A stretch of 64,000 nt of DNA from Candidatus Latescibacterota bacterium (GTDB lineage: Bacteria > Latescibacterota > UBA2968 > UBA8231), in NCBI GenBank assembly GCA_965208105.1, contig OZ242318.1, positions 2,816,001-2,880,000 of the forward strand, read 5' to 3'. The position numbers and the translations under genes were made by a program. The notes below the pieces were generated by a model. The model was not told the DNA's origin. It saw nothing but the letters and a program-made list of their open reading frames with translations, and searched no databases. Each line of letters opens with the position of its first letter. Position 1 is the stretch's first letter. Below, piece after piece: positions 29,114-39,500 of this stretch.

Positions 29114-30370
29114 CTAGAAAATGAACTCGGGAAGATGTGCCGTGCCTGAGACCATGCTCTTGCGCCGAAGCTTCTCTCCTTGCTCTTGAATCTGGCTGAT
29201 GTTTTGCACTCCGAGCAGTTCCATGGAGCGAAGCAGGTCTTCCTTCATTAACTCAAAGGCTCGGGTTAGACCCAAGTGACCACCGGCTCCCAGTCCACCT
29301 GCGGTCACTCTGCCCAAGCCCACAGCCTTCAGGCCGTAGCTCAGCCCAATAAGAACATCCAGTCCGCTTCGGATACCTCCGTCCATCGCGCAATCGAGTT
29401 TGGACTTGGCCGCCTCCAGCTTGGGGATAGCCTCGGCGACAATCTGCAGGGACGGAATAGCCTGCCCTAACTGGCGACCGCCGTGGTTGGAAAAAATTAC
29501 TCCATTTGCTCCCAGCTCCTCCGCTTTTAAAGCGTCCTCCGCGCAGTGAACGCCTTTGACGATAAGCGGTTGCTCACCCCATGTTTCTTTAATCCAGGGG
29601 AGGTCGCTCCAGGTAACGGCCGAGGCAGCAAGCTGCTCTCCAATACCGGCATATGGCATGGGCTCGCCGCATTCGTCGATGATGTTGACGAAGGGAAGAA
29701 ATCCACCGTCGCGCCAATGCCTCCGTAACCACCCCATTCGAGGGACGATCTGTGGTGCCAGCTTCACCTTGTGCAACGCGCGCTTTAGCTTCCTCGGGCC
29801 AGAGTAAATGGAGCCCACGGCCTCCATCGGCTTCATCCTGGCATGTTCTATTCTGTTCCCCGACACCGCCGTATCGATAGTAAGGACCAGTGCAGAAAAA
29901 CCCGCATCTCTTGCCCGCCTGATTCCTCGTTTCGCGGTTTCCACTCCGCCGCACAGGTAGAGCTGAAACCACTTCGGACCGCTCGACGCGTCGGCCACGG
30001 CTTCCATGGGTGTTTGTGAAAGCGTCGACAGCGTCATTGCCGTTCCAAATTCCCCGGCGACTTGAGATGCAACTGCGTCAGCCATTGGCCATAGCGTGCG
30101 AAGGCTCCCCACCGGCGCGACAAAAAAAGGAAGAGAAAGCTCCTGACCAAATATGCTCGTCGTCGTGTTTAATGTCTGGTGTTTGATGGCTCCGTGAGGC
30201 GCGAGCATCGTCTGTTGAAACGCCAGGACATTCGCCTTCAGCGTAGTCAGCTCGTCAGCGCCACCGATAAAGTATTCAGCGGCAATCGGAGGAACCTCCC
30301 GAAGCATAATTCGCCAAATATCTGCTGTTGTCAGCGCATCGGCGATTTCGTTTTCCCTGATTCGGAACAT
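29114..30370 (-). CDS. FMN-dependent alpha-hydroxy acid dehydrogenase (LldD-like)
   Basis: WFQLY, LVLTID, LIVKGV, SNHGGRQL, DGGIRSGLD. Confidence 0.92.
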   Translation of the reverse strand: MFRIRENEIADALTTADIWRIMLREVPPIAAEYFIGGADELTTLKANVLAFQQTMLAPHGAIKHQTLNTTTSIFGQELSLPFFVAPVGSLRTLWPMADAVASQVAGEFGTAMTLSTLSQTPMEAVADASSGPKWFQLYLCGGVETAKRGIRRARDAGFSALVLTIDTAVSGNRIEHARMKPMEAVGSIYSGPRKLKRALHKVKLAPQIVPRMGWLRRHWRDGGFLPFVNIIDECGEPMPYAGIGEQLAASAVTWSDLPWIKETWGEQPLIVKGVHCAEDALKAEELGANGVIFSNHGGRQLGQAIPSLQIVAEAIPKLEAAKSKLDCAMDGGIRSGLDVLIGLSYGLKAVGLGRVTAGGLGAGGHLGLTRAFELMKEDLLRSMELLGVQNISQIQEQGEKLRRKSMVSGTAHLPEFIF

Positions 30371-30382
30371 GGCGATCTTCTT

Positions 30383-30763
30383 TTACTTCCCAGCGCTGCA
30401 TTCGCCGCATCGTCCATAGAGCGTGATCTCGTGCTTTTCGATCTCGAAACCCGGCGGCGCCAGCTCCACCATCTCTCCCGGGCATGCGTGGATATCGAAC
30501 GCTTCCTCGCACTCGCGACAGAGAAAATGATGATGATGGCCCCGGTCGGTCGGCTCGTAGCGCACATCATTGACGCCCAGGTTCACCGCCCGCACTTCAC
30601 CGGCGTCTTGCAGGCGCCTGAGCTGCCGATAAACCGTTGCAATGCCCAGCGTCGGCACTATGCGGGACGCCAGGTCGAGGATTTCCAGGGGGCGAAGTGG
30701 GCCGGGGGCGTCGCGAACAACCCTCACGATGGCGCTGCGGCGGCTGGTACGTCTGTTGCTCAT
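30383..30763 (-). CDS. Fur-family (Zur-like) transcriptional regulator 2
   Basis: LGIATVYR, HHHHFLCREC, YGRCGEC; AGGAG RBS. Confidence 0.93.
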   Translation of the reverse strand: MSNRRTSRRSAIVRVVRDAPGPLRPLEILDLASRIVPTLGIATVYRQLRRLQDAGEVRAVNLGVNDVRYEPTDRGHHHHFLCRECEEAFDIHACPGEMVELAPPGFEIEKHEITLYGRCGECSAGK

Positions 30764-30801
30764 GAGGATATCTCCTGACAGCGGCGGCCTGGGATGGGTG
30801 G

Positions 30802-31239
30802 CTACATGCAAACGAATTTCTCACTGGGTTCGGAAACAGCGAACCGTTCAAATCGGTGGCGATTCAGTTCAGCGGGCAATTCGAGTAAAACACCCGCATC
30901 ACGCGAGGCACTGGCCCAATCCAGGAGCAACTCGTATTGCCACTGCTCCTGGACGCCGCCAAACCATTCCATCCCCTGCGCTGAGATCACACAAAAGACA
31001 TTGGCGAGATCGCACGGGCCAAGGCATCCGGAGAACGTCAGTTGCACCGATTTGTTGAGTTTCCCCGCTTTCCACTGTTGTATGATCCAGCCGCGGGGCA
31101 ACGGCCTGAACCCCTTGTCCGTCCGACCGCAGCAACAGCCTTCGCAGAACACGATCTGCCCAAGAACGCGGCTTCGTACCGTAGCCAATGCTTCGTGCCT
31201 CCTGAGCCTTTCGTCGATGCGTTGTGTCTGAGCATTCAT
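30802..31239 (-). CDS. Thioredoxin-like (2Fe-2S) ferredoxin-type Cys-rich protein
   Basis: CEGCCCG ... SGCLGPC; 4-bp overlap with the upstream binding-protein gene. Confidence 0.75.
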   Translation of the reverse strand: MNAQTQRIDERLRRHEALATVRSRVLGQIVFCEGCCCGRTDKGFRPLPRGWIIQQWKAGKLNKSVQLTFSGCLGPCDLANVFCVISAQGMEWFGGVQEQWQYELLLDWASASRDAGVLLELPAELNRHRFERFAVSEPSEKFVCM

Positions 31240-32210
31240 GGGCGTGCCTTCTTTGGCCGCTGCAGGCCGGATTCGGTTTGACCGACTTCGATTGGCTGGC
31301 CCTCAGAACGCCGTTTTTTTGTGGTGAGTTGCGATTGTTGGCTGAGCGCTTGAATCAGCGTTCCCAGATTGTGCTCGAACATCTTCTCGTAGCTGGTCGC
31401 CGGGCCGCCACGTTCCGAGAGCGCGTCGGAGAACAGCCGGCCACCGATCTGAATTCCAGTTTCGCTCGCGATCTGCTGAACCAGGGACGGGCTGGTGATG
31501 TTCTCGACGAACAGCGCCCCGGCCCCGACTTCCTTGAGGTGATCGATCAGCTTGGCAAGGTCCCGCGCCGACGGCTCGGCATCGGTGTCGATCCCGACCG
31601 GGGCCAGAAATTTGAGCCCATAGGCTGCCTCCAGGTACCCAAAGGCGTCGTGAGAGGTCACGACTGCGCGCTGGTCGGCGGGCAGTCTTTTGAGTTGGTC
31701 GAGCGCGCGGTTGTGTAGCTCCTTCAGTTTAGCGGTGTAGGCGCGGGCGTTGGCCTTGTAGGCTGCCGCGTTTTTCGGATCGAGTTCGGCCATGCTGTCC
31801 GCAATATTGGCAACATACTTCATGCCGTTCGTGAGCGAATTCCAGGCATGCGGGTCGATTTCGCCGTCAACCTTCAAAGGCGTTATGCCATCCGTCGCGA
31901 CGGATACTCCGGCCTTGGTACCGGACGTCTCGATCAGGGTTTGCGACCAGGTCTCGAAGCCCAGACCGTTGACAAAGATCATCTCGGCGTTTGTCACTGC
32001 TTTGGCGTCGGCCACGTTGGGGGTGTAAACGTGCGCATCCGCGTCCGGGCCGACAATGGTTGTCACCTCGGCTAAATCGCCGGTGACCTGGCGTACCATA
32101 TCGCCGAGGATGGAGAAGCTGGCGACGACCTTGATCTTGTCCTGGCCGGCCGCTGGGATTCCGGCCAGGACCAGGCCCGCTAGCAGCAGTGCGCTGAAGA
32201 GTCTTTGCAT
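31236..32210 (-). CDS. znuA: Zn/Mn ABC transporter substrate-binding protein (ZnuA/AztC-like)
   Basis: VVASFSILGD, DAHVYTP, NGLGFE, DPHAW, TSHDAFGY, LFSDALS. Confidence 0.92.
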   Translation of the reverse strand: MQRLFSALLLAGLVLAGIPAAGQDKIKVVASFSILGDMVRQVTGDLAEVTTIVGPDADAHVYTPNVADAKAVTNAEMIFVNGLGFETWSQTLIETSGTKAGVSVATDGITPLKVDGEIDPHAWNSLTNGMKYVANIADSMAELDPKNAAAYKANARAYTAKLKELHNRALDQLKRLPADQRAVVTSHDAFGYLEAAYGLKFLAPVGIDTDAEPSARDLAKLIDHLKEVGAGALFVENITSPSLVQQIASETGIQIGGRLFSDALSERGGPATSYEKMFEHNLGTLIQALSQQSQLTTKKRRSEGQPIEVGQTESGLQRPKKARP

Positions 32211-32223
32211 GCGCTTCTTGCTC

Positions 32224-33102
32224 CTACATTGAGTTTTGATCGATGGTCAGGGGTTGGCGGCGGTACGGGTTGAGGCGCGCGCCGGCATGAAATCCCTGCG
32301 GGGCGAAGATCAGGCTCAAGAAGAAAAAGACCGCCGCAACCAGCACGATTGCAGGACCTGAAGGCACGTCCTGCAAATAGAACGAAGTGATCAGCCCGAT
32401 CCAGCAGCTCAGCAGCGCGAATATGAAGGTCACGACCACATAGCCGGTGATTGTCGAGACCCAGTAGCGTGCCGCCGTCGCTGGCAGGATCATCAACCCG
32501 ACCGCCATCAGCGTGCCGAGCGCCTTGAAGGCCCCCAACAGATTGAGCACCACCAGAAACATGAACCAGTGAGCCACGATGCCCGGGTGCTTGGACTGGC
32601 TCTCATGGAAGACTGGATCGATTGTATTGATGATAAGCGGCCTGAGGATCAGCGCGAAGCTCACCAATGTGACTGTGGCCGTCGTCCCGATCAGAATGAG
32701 GCTTTCGTCGTCAATACCGAGGATAGAACCGAACAGGAAACTCTTCAGCGGCACCGCCGAGCCGGCGGCGGACAGGATGAAGATGCCGAGAGCAAGGGCG
32801 ATCAGGTAGAGCGATGCCAGACTCGCATCCTCGCGGATGATTGTCATACGGGCGAGCAGGCTGGTCAGCGCGGCGACGGTGATCCCGGCGGTCAACCCGC
32901 CAACGATCATGGATCCCACCGACAGACCGGCAATCACGAAAGCGATGACGATTCCCGGCACGATAGCGTGAGCCATCGCCTCGCCGGCGAGCGACAGGCG
33001 CCTGAGCACCAGGAATGCTCCGACCGGGGCGACGGAGAAACTCAGCACCGTCGTGGCGGTCAGTGCCCGGACCATGAACGCGTAGTCGAGCCACTCAAAC
33101 AT
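32224..33102 (-). CDS. znuB: Zn/Mn ABC transporter permease (ZnuB/AztB-like)
   Basis: LVLRRLSLAGEAMAH, FLFGSIL, ILPATAAR, PSGPAIV. Confidence 0.92.
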   Translation of the reverse strand: MFEWLDYAFMVRALTATTVLSFSVAPVGAFLVLRRLSLAGEAMAHAIVPGIVIAFVIAGLSVGSMIVGGLTAGITVAALTSLLARMTIIREDASLASLYLIALALGIFILSAAGSAVPLKSFLFGSILGIDDESLILIGTTATVTLVSFALILRPLIINTIDPVFHESQSKHPGIVAHWFMFLVVLNLLGAFKALGTLMAVGLMILPATAARYWVSTITGYVVVTFIFALLSCWIGLITSFYLQDVPSGPAIVLVAAVFFFLSLIFAPQGFHAGARLNPYRRQPLTIDQNSM

Positions 33103-33856
33103 CGTCTGCTTTCCATTGCGAGTACATGTCTTCGATCCAGGCGGCCTGACTTTGCGACAGGTACCGGTGAACGACTAGATTGTCGGGTGTAAGCGTATCT
33201 TTCGGGGCGCCGAAAAGCGCGCGGCCGTCTCCCAGGAGAAGCGCTGAGCTGCAATGTTGTAGAACGGTGGAAAGGTCGTGCAGAACGAGGATGATGGTGC
33301 GCCCTTCCGCGGCCCAGTGATCGATCAGCGTCAGCAGAGCCGCTTCCGTTGTCTGGTCGACGGCCGTAAACGGCTCATCCAACAGGATCAGCGGCGCATC
33401 CTGAACCATGGTCCGGGCAAATAGCGCCCGTTGCAGCTGACCCGCGGATAGTTTGTGCACGGGCATGTCGGCGATCTCGGCGGTGCCTGTGCGCTCGAGC
33501 GCGCACCCGATCCGGGCCCGGCACTCACTATCGATGCGGCCGAGAAACCCCAAGTTGGGCCAAGCACCCATTGCCGCCAGGTCGCGGACCCGGATGGGAA
33601 AGCGGCTGTCGAACTCGGTCCTCTGCCCCAGATAAGCAATTGTCGGTGGCCGCCCGATGGGCCAGTTGAGCGTGCCGGCAAGCGGCGGCAAGGCGCCCAA
33701 CAGTGTTTTGATCAGGGTCGATTTCCCCGATCCGTTGTGACCGACAACAGCAAGCACATCGCCGATGGCAAGGTTGAACGCGACGTCCTCAGCGACTGTC
33801 TCGGTCCCATAGCCGAGCGAGAGTCCAGTTGCCGAAAGGAGCATTGGATTCGCCAT
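33095..33856 (-). CDS. znuC: Zn/Mn ABC transporter ATPase (ZnuC/AztA-like)
   Basis: GHNGSGKST, LSAGQLQR, LLDEPF, VLHDL. Confidence 0.92.
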   Translation of the reverse strand: MANPMLLSATGLSLGYGTETVAEDVAFNLAIGDVLAVVGHNGSGKSTLIKTLLGALPPLAGTLNWPIGRPPTIAYLGQRTEFDSRFPIRVRDLAAMGAWPNLGFLGRIDSECRARIGCALERTGTAEIADMPVHKLSAGQLQRALFARTMVQDAPLILLDEPFTAVDQTTEAALLTLIDHWAAEGRTIILVLHDLSTVLQHCSSALLLGDGRALFGAPKDTLTPDNLVVHRYLSQSQAAWIEDMYSQWKADDV

Positions 33857-33871
33857 CGGCCTCTGTCGGAC

Positions 33872-34009
33872 TCAGATGCCGAGGGTCGCGATGATGATGA
33901 CCCAGAGTCCCGCGCAGGCAACGCTGACTGCAATCAGATAATGGAGCGTACTGGCAACTGTAAGATCGAATCTCGCCAAGCTTTGAGTCAGTAAATCCAG
34001 CGAGCTCAT
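33872..34009 (-). CDS. Small single-TM protein (45 aa), first gene of the ABC operon
   Basis: Purine-rich RBS; hydrophobic C-terminus; ends 16 bp before the ATPase start. Confidence 0.55.
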   Translation of the reverse strand: MSSLDLLTQSLARFDLTVASTLHYLIAVSVACAGLWVIIIATLGI

Positions 34010-34129
34010 AATTCTCTCTTTCAGGGGTATGGCCACTGGGTCCCTGTTATGCATTCCGCCTTCGGCCTCAGGACACCAGGCTACTGCCCCCAGCAACCCT
34101 CTCCCCCATCGCTCAACCCGAATAAGACT

Positions 34130-34162
34130 TCTAATGATAATCTATTGTCATTAAGCAGTCAA
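34130..34162 (-). promoter_or_regulatory. Promoter with Fur/Zur-type operator
   Basis: Minus-strand TTGACT-17-TATCAT overlapped by TAATGATAAT-CT-ATTGTCATTA. Confidence 0.85.
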
Positions 34163-34209
34163 CCTAACTCGGGCGGATAGGGTCCGGTCTCATGGGTTTG
34201 AACGCTGCC

Positions 34210-35286
34210 TCAATTGGAAAATGCCGCGTTCAGATTCTTCCGGTGCAGAATAAACCAAATCACAATGGGAGCGCCCAGAATCGAAGTCACGGCATTGAGC
34301 GGCAGCGCTATTTGACTGCCCGGCAAGCGGCCAATGAGGTCTGCAAACAAGGCCAGCGTTGCGCCCATGCACGTCACTGCAGGCATCAGCGCCCTGTGAT
34401 CAGAGGTGTGCAGCAGGCTCCGGCAAAGATGGGGAACAGCCAGGCCCAGAAAGGCGATGGGACCGCAGAACGCCGTTGTTGCCCCGGCCAACATCGAGGC
34501 GCTGATCAGGATATAGATGCGTACGCGTTTTACATTCAAGCCCATGCTTCGGGCGTAATCTTCGCCCAGCAACAGGGCATTGAGCGGCTTGATGCACAAA
34601 AAACCCACCAGAAGCCCCAGGGAGATCACAGACCCCAGAACGGGTATTTGTTTCCATGACACCCCTCCGAAACTGCCGAACGTCCATATGATGTAGGATT
34701 GAATCTGTTCGGGAATGCTGAAATAAATCAGAATGCTCACAAAAGCGCCCGTGGCATACCCGAACATCAGGCCCAGGATGAGCAGCGTCATGGCGCTTTG
34801 CACTTTTCGGGAAACCAGCAAAACGCAACCCAGCACCGTGCCCGCGCCCAGGCTGGCCGCTGCCGCAAGACTCAAATCGCCCAAAATTCCCAGCCCTACG
34901 ATGAGCGCGCCGCCCGCAGAACCCACCGCCAGCACCACGATGGCCACGCCCAGGCTCGCGCCTGCATTGATGCCCAGCACAAAGGGATCCGCCAGCGGGT
35001 TGCGAAACAGCGTCTGCATTTGCAACCCGCCGACGGAAAGCGCCGCACCCGCCAGTACCGCGGTGATGGTTCTTGGCAGGCGGATGGTGTGAACGATGGT
35101 GGGCCAGGCCGGGGTGGCGGTTTCTTTCCCCGTCAGGATCGCCAGGATATCCAGAAAGGGAATATGCACCGACCCCAGCGACAGGCTCAAAACAAAGGCT
35201 AAACACAGCAGTGGAAATAATCCCAGCATCATGATGGCCTGACGGGAGATTGCCGTTGGGGAGTTATGTGCTGTGATGACAGACAT
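34210..35286 (-). CDS. FecCD/BtuC-family ABC permease
   Basis: IRLPR, MQTLFRNPLADP..LG, LLLGEDYARSMG, GPIAFLGLAVPH. Confidence 0.93.
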   Translation of the reverse strand: MSVITAHNSPTAISRQAIMMLGLFPLLCLAFVLSLSLGSVHIPFLDILAILTGKETATPAWPTIVHTIRLPRTITAVLAGAALSVGGLQMQTLFRNPLADPFVLGINAGASLGVAIVVLAVGSAGGALIVGLGILGDLSLAAAASLGAGTVLGCVLLVSRKVQSAMTLLILGLMFGYATGAFVSILIYFSIPEQIQSYIIWTFGSFGGVSWKQIPVLGSVISLGLLVGFLCIKPLNALLLGEDYARSMGLNVKRVRIYILISASMLAGATTAFCGPIAFLGLAVPHLCRSLLHTSDHRALMPAVTCMGATLALFADLIGRLPGSQIALPLNAVTSILGAPIVIWFILHRKNLNAAFSN

Positions 35287-35577
35287 CGGAATCCGTCTCC
35301 TGAAGAAAAGCACTATGTGCGCGATGCATGCCGCACATGCAATACTTTTCCAGATTGCCAGGCGCCTCTGCTCAATATCGAAAAAGCACAAATCCGGCGG
35401 CGAGAATGGCAAAACGAGACAAACCGGACAGGCAAAATTGCATGTTCCCCTCACATTGCCAGCACTTCCACCCTGCGGGTCTGGGGCATCTGCCATCCCA
35501 GGGCCAGCGCATCGCAAACCGCTTCCAGCGGATGTTCAGATCGCACCTCAATTTGCTGGTAGCACAAAACCAGGCAT

Positions 35578-35706
35578 CGGACCGTGCTGCTCGTATTGGC
35601 GCTTCCAGCAGTAGTACGCCTCACGGGAGATACCGAAATACCTACGGGTCTTGGAAACATTCCCAGTCTCCTTGGCGTGCTCCGGCACCCTAAGCTTTCG
35701 GCTAAT
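35578..35706 (-). pseudogene. Transposase N-terminal HTH remnant (IS481-like)
   Basis: RKLRVPEHAKETGNVSKTRRYFGISREAYYCWKRQYEQHG; no catalytic domain follows. Confidence 0.7.
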
Positions 35707-35708
35707 GG

Positions 35709-36506
35709 TTACGCACTGCCCTGCGCCATCCATTCCTTGTTCCGGCGGATGCTCTCCTCTTGCGGAATAAGCGGGCAACTGGCACAATAATTCCCCTCCG
35801 GCATGAGATAGTACCGGCAGCAGGCGCTCCTGCGGTGGAAAACTTGCATACAGCCCTGATGCGATACGTCGTAAAACTGTGGACGCATCTGCTGGATCAC
35901 ATCATCGCCATCGAAAAAATGCTCTGCATCGGTCCATCCCGCATTTGGGGCATCCACATGTTGCATCACCTGTGCAAACTGGCTGCCCCAGGAAGACGTG
36001 ATCATGCCCCAGATTGCGCGAACGGAAAACCGCGACCATGCATGCAAAGCATCGACGACGGGCGTGGCCTGGTCCACCAGCGTTTGGCGCAAATACCGGC
36101 GAAGGTCATCCGTTTGGCGCTCGTTCGCACCGATTGCCCCTTCGGCCTGGTGCAGGGCCACGCGTTCGAACAGGCCGTTTTCGCCGAATTTGAGACTGAT
36201 ATTATCAAGCGACATATTGGGCACAGCCCGGCAGAGCAAAAAAGGCGCGATGGCCACCCCGGCAGACGAACCAAAACGCAACGCAAAAGAAGCAGCCAAT
36301 GACCGGCGGTCTTCGGCTTCTCGCCTCGCACCTAGTGCCTGAAGTAGGCTCCTGAAAGGAACGGCATCGGGAAAGAATAAATCCGATCCACGCAGCCACC
36401 CTCTTCCATTGGGCACCCCCAGAGCCACATCCCATTTAGGATGAAGGGTCTTGAGGTATGCATAGGCATTGGGAATAGATGAAACGGGTTGTATGGGAGC
36501 GTTCAA
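35709..36506 (-). CDS. FhuF-like ferric reductase with [2Fe-2S] cluster
   Basis: C-terminal CC-x10-C-x2-C (RSACCRYYLMPEGNYCASCP); AGGAG RBS with TTG start. Confidence 0.85.
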   Translation of the reverse strand: MNAPIQPVSSIPNAYAYLKTLHPKWDVALGVPNGRGWLRGSDLFFPDAVPFRSLLQALGARREAEDRRSLAASFALRFGSSAGVAIAPFLLCRAVPNMSLDNISLKFGENGLFERVALHQAEGAIGANERQTDDLRRYLRQTLVDQATPVVDALHAWSRFSVRAIWGMITSSWGSQFAQVMQHVDAPNAGWTDAEHFFDGDDVIQQMRPQFYDVSHQGCMQVFHRRSACCRYYLMPEGNYCASCPLIPQEESIRRNKEWMAQGSA

Positions 36507-36537
36507 TGTAATCTCCTGATTGAGCAGAAAACGGGTA

Positions 36538-39500
36538 TTACCATGTTTTTCTGCGCTGTCTTAACCAGCCGAAAGCCACCAGGAGCGCACTGATGATGCC
36601 TATTGCGAAATATGTGGTTTTGTGCGTTGACAGATGATCGGCGACCGTGCGTACAACATCCGCCATTTCGTATCCCGTCATCGGCTCTGCAGGTGCAGGC
36701 GGCAGATCATAACGTGCCTGGCGTGCAATGTTGATCGCATCCTGATAGGGCTGCGCCAGTGCCTGAACACCTGGTGTTTTGTTGAGCAATTCGGTTACAA
36801 ACGTTTCAAGGGATGGGCTGTTGCAGATACCCGAATTACAAGCCGGGCCGTGATCAGAAACGGACTGCGCTAACTGCTGGGCAACATCCTGTAAAACCTC
36901 ATCGGTTGCCTGCCAGTAGCCTTTGTGCGCCGCTTCCAAAAGCGTGGCCATCATCGTCTGTTCGGCATAGGGGTTGTTCTCGGAAAAATAATCCTCTAAC
37001 CCCAGATCGTATTCGTCTTTCATGTAAACTTGATGAATGCGTTTCCAATCCTCGTCGGAAACCAGATCGGGTGACGTGACTTCCCACACCCACATGGTTT
37101 CTGTGAACTCGGTCATATACCGCGCGCCATCATAACCGTGATCCATCATGCCTCGAATCCATTTGGGATTGAAATAGCGAGATCGCAATTCGCGCGAATA
37201 AAAACGCTCCAACGTTTCGACGCGCTCCGATTGGGGATTGCGCAAATTGTGGATGTAAAGATCGATTTTGCGGTCCGTGGTGTTGCGCACGGCCATGTTC
37301 ATGCCGCCAAGATAGGCGGCGACCATGGGATGGTCGAGCACGCCATACACGTTTGATGTGCGTCCGAATGAAGCAATTTCAACGGTTTCAATGTTCTGGC
37401 GAAACAAATCCTGAACGTATTCTCCCACGGTATTTTCGCCATAAGCATGGCTCATGCGCGTCATATAGAGATCGGATATTTTGCCGTCGTCCTCCCAGGT
37501 ACCGCCTGCGTGTATGGCAAACTGAATGGAGGGGGAGTATGCGCCCACGTTTTCGGAAAACACGCGGATACTTGCAAGAGATTGGGCCGACTCGGGGGAT
37601 GGCCCAGCAGAGGCCAGTTTTTGATAGGCTGCTTCGGTGTGTATGCGTACGATGTTATCGGGTTCATCTAATTCCGAGACCAATTTGACGGCTTTGTGAA
37701 TCAGACGGATTTTGTCCATGAAATGGTCGCGGTACGTGCCGGACGTGGTGACGAAAACATCCACGCGGGGCCGCTTGAGTTCGTGCGGGGGAATCACTTC
37801 AATGTCCGCAACCCAGCCACGCTTATTCCACACCGGGCGCACGCCGAGCAAGTAAAAAACCTGCGCTTCCAGAATGCCTTTGTTCTTTGTGATTTCAGAG
37901 GACCAGAGCACATAACCCACCCGCCGTGGATACGCTCCGTGCTTTTCCACGTGCTGGTTGAGCATGTCATCGGCCAGGCGTCGGCCCACTTCCCAGGCTT
38001 CGCGGGTGGGCATGGATCGGTGGTCGAAGTGATAGGGATTTCGTCCCGAGGGCAGGGCGTCGGGGTTGCGAATGGCATCATCCATTTCCCCGGGTTCGAT
38101 GAACCGGCCTTCAAGAGCGGATAAAATGCGGGGCACTTCTTCCCGCGCCGCCTCAATGCGCGCTTTGTAATCCAGTGCGCGCTGCAAATAGATTTCGATA
38201 TCTTCCGATGCGGCTTTGAGCTGCGTGCGCTGAATATCCTGCGTGGTTTCACCGCTAAGCAGAAGATCTGTGAGAATGATTTTGGCCAGCGTATCGGGAG
38301 AAACGTCGGCCCTGTGTGCAACAAGCGCTTCGCGGAATTCACGTCCCAGCATTGAGCGCACCATGTCAACGAGAGGCCGTCCCTCTGGAGGCACGCCGAG
38401 GGTATGCGGTCCATAGGGGATATGCTCGCGGTTGATTTCTTCAAGGTAAGTGCGGGTGGCTGTGGCAAGCTGATCAAACGGCGCCCCTTGAATATCCAGT
38501 CCCAGGTCGCGTGCCAGATGGAGGCGTTCGCACTCCTGGCGAATGCCTGTTTCCAGTTCGGCGCGCACCGCCGGCGGCAGATTTTCCCCCAAGCGGGCGG
38601 TCTTGTTGCGCAACTCGTGCAGGTTTTCATACAGTTCGGATGCGACAATTGTGGGCATGAATCCAATGGTTAAGGCGCTGGCCCGGCGCTTGCTCCCAAT
38701 GCCCGCATTGCCCTGGAGGGGTGTGGGATAAATGTGGGGCATATTGCCGATGAGCCTGCCCACCCAGTCGGTTCTGGCCGGCCCTTCCATTTTGCCCGGC
38801 ATGAGTGAAAGCTGGGTGAACATGGTGAGCATGGCATGGGGATTGTACACCTGCTGGAGCCACTCGAAAAAGGCGAAATACTGGTGGTGCGGCGGCAACT
38901 GGTCTTTGGAATACAAAACGTCCTCATCCTGTTTATAACCCCAGTCGGGGTGCGGCACCAGCAGCACGTTTCCAAACTGAATTTTGGGAATTGAGATCAT
39001 GCGCTGGCCGTCGCGCGCCGTATGCACCATGATACTGCCCGGCGGCGCCCCCCAGTTGTCGATCATTTCTCTTTGCTTTTTCTCAGGAAGTTCTCCAAAC
39101 CAGTTCAGATAGGTGTTTTCGGGAATGGTGATGGCATGTCCCTGCCCCACGCGCTTGCCCATTTCACCGGGCGCCCAGTTGCCCACGTTGGAACCCTGTT
39201 CGGCCATCATCCGGCTCAGTGTTTCCACGTCGGGCAGCGGCTTTTCTCCCACGTTATATCCCGCTTCTTTCAGGGCCTTCAGAATGTTCACCAGGCTGGC
39301 CTGGACATTTAAATAGAAATCGGGATCGCTGCCGATATTCGCCTTGCCTGCACCCTCGCTGTAATAGGGAATGACGAGCCGCTTCTCGCGATTGGACATG
39401 CGCCGCAGTTGCGCCCAGGCCAGCGCGCGTTCCACACGCCAGTCGAGCTGGTCTGGCATAATTTGATTTTTCGGCTGGCCGGTTTCATCCGCAACGCGCC

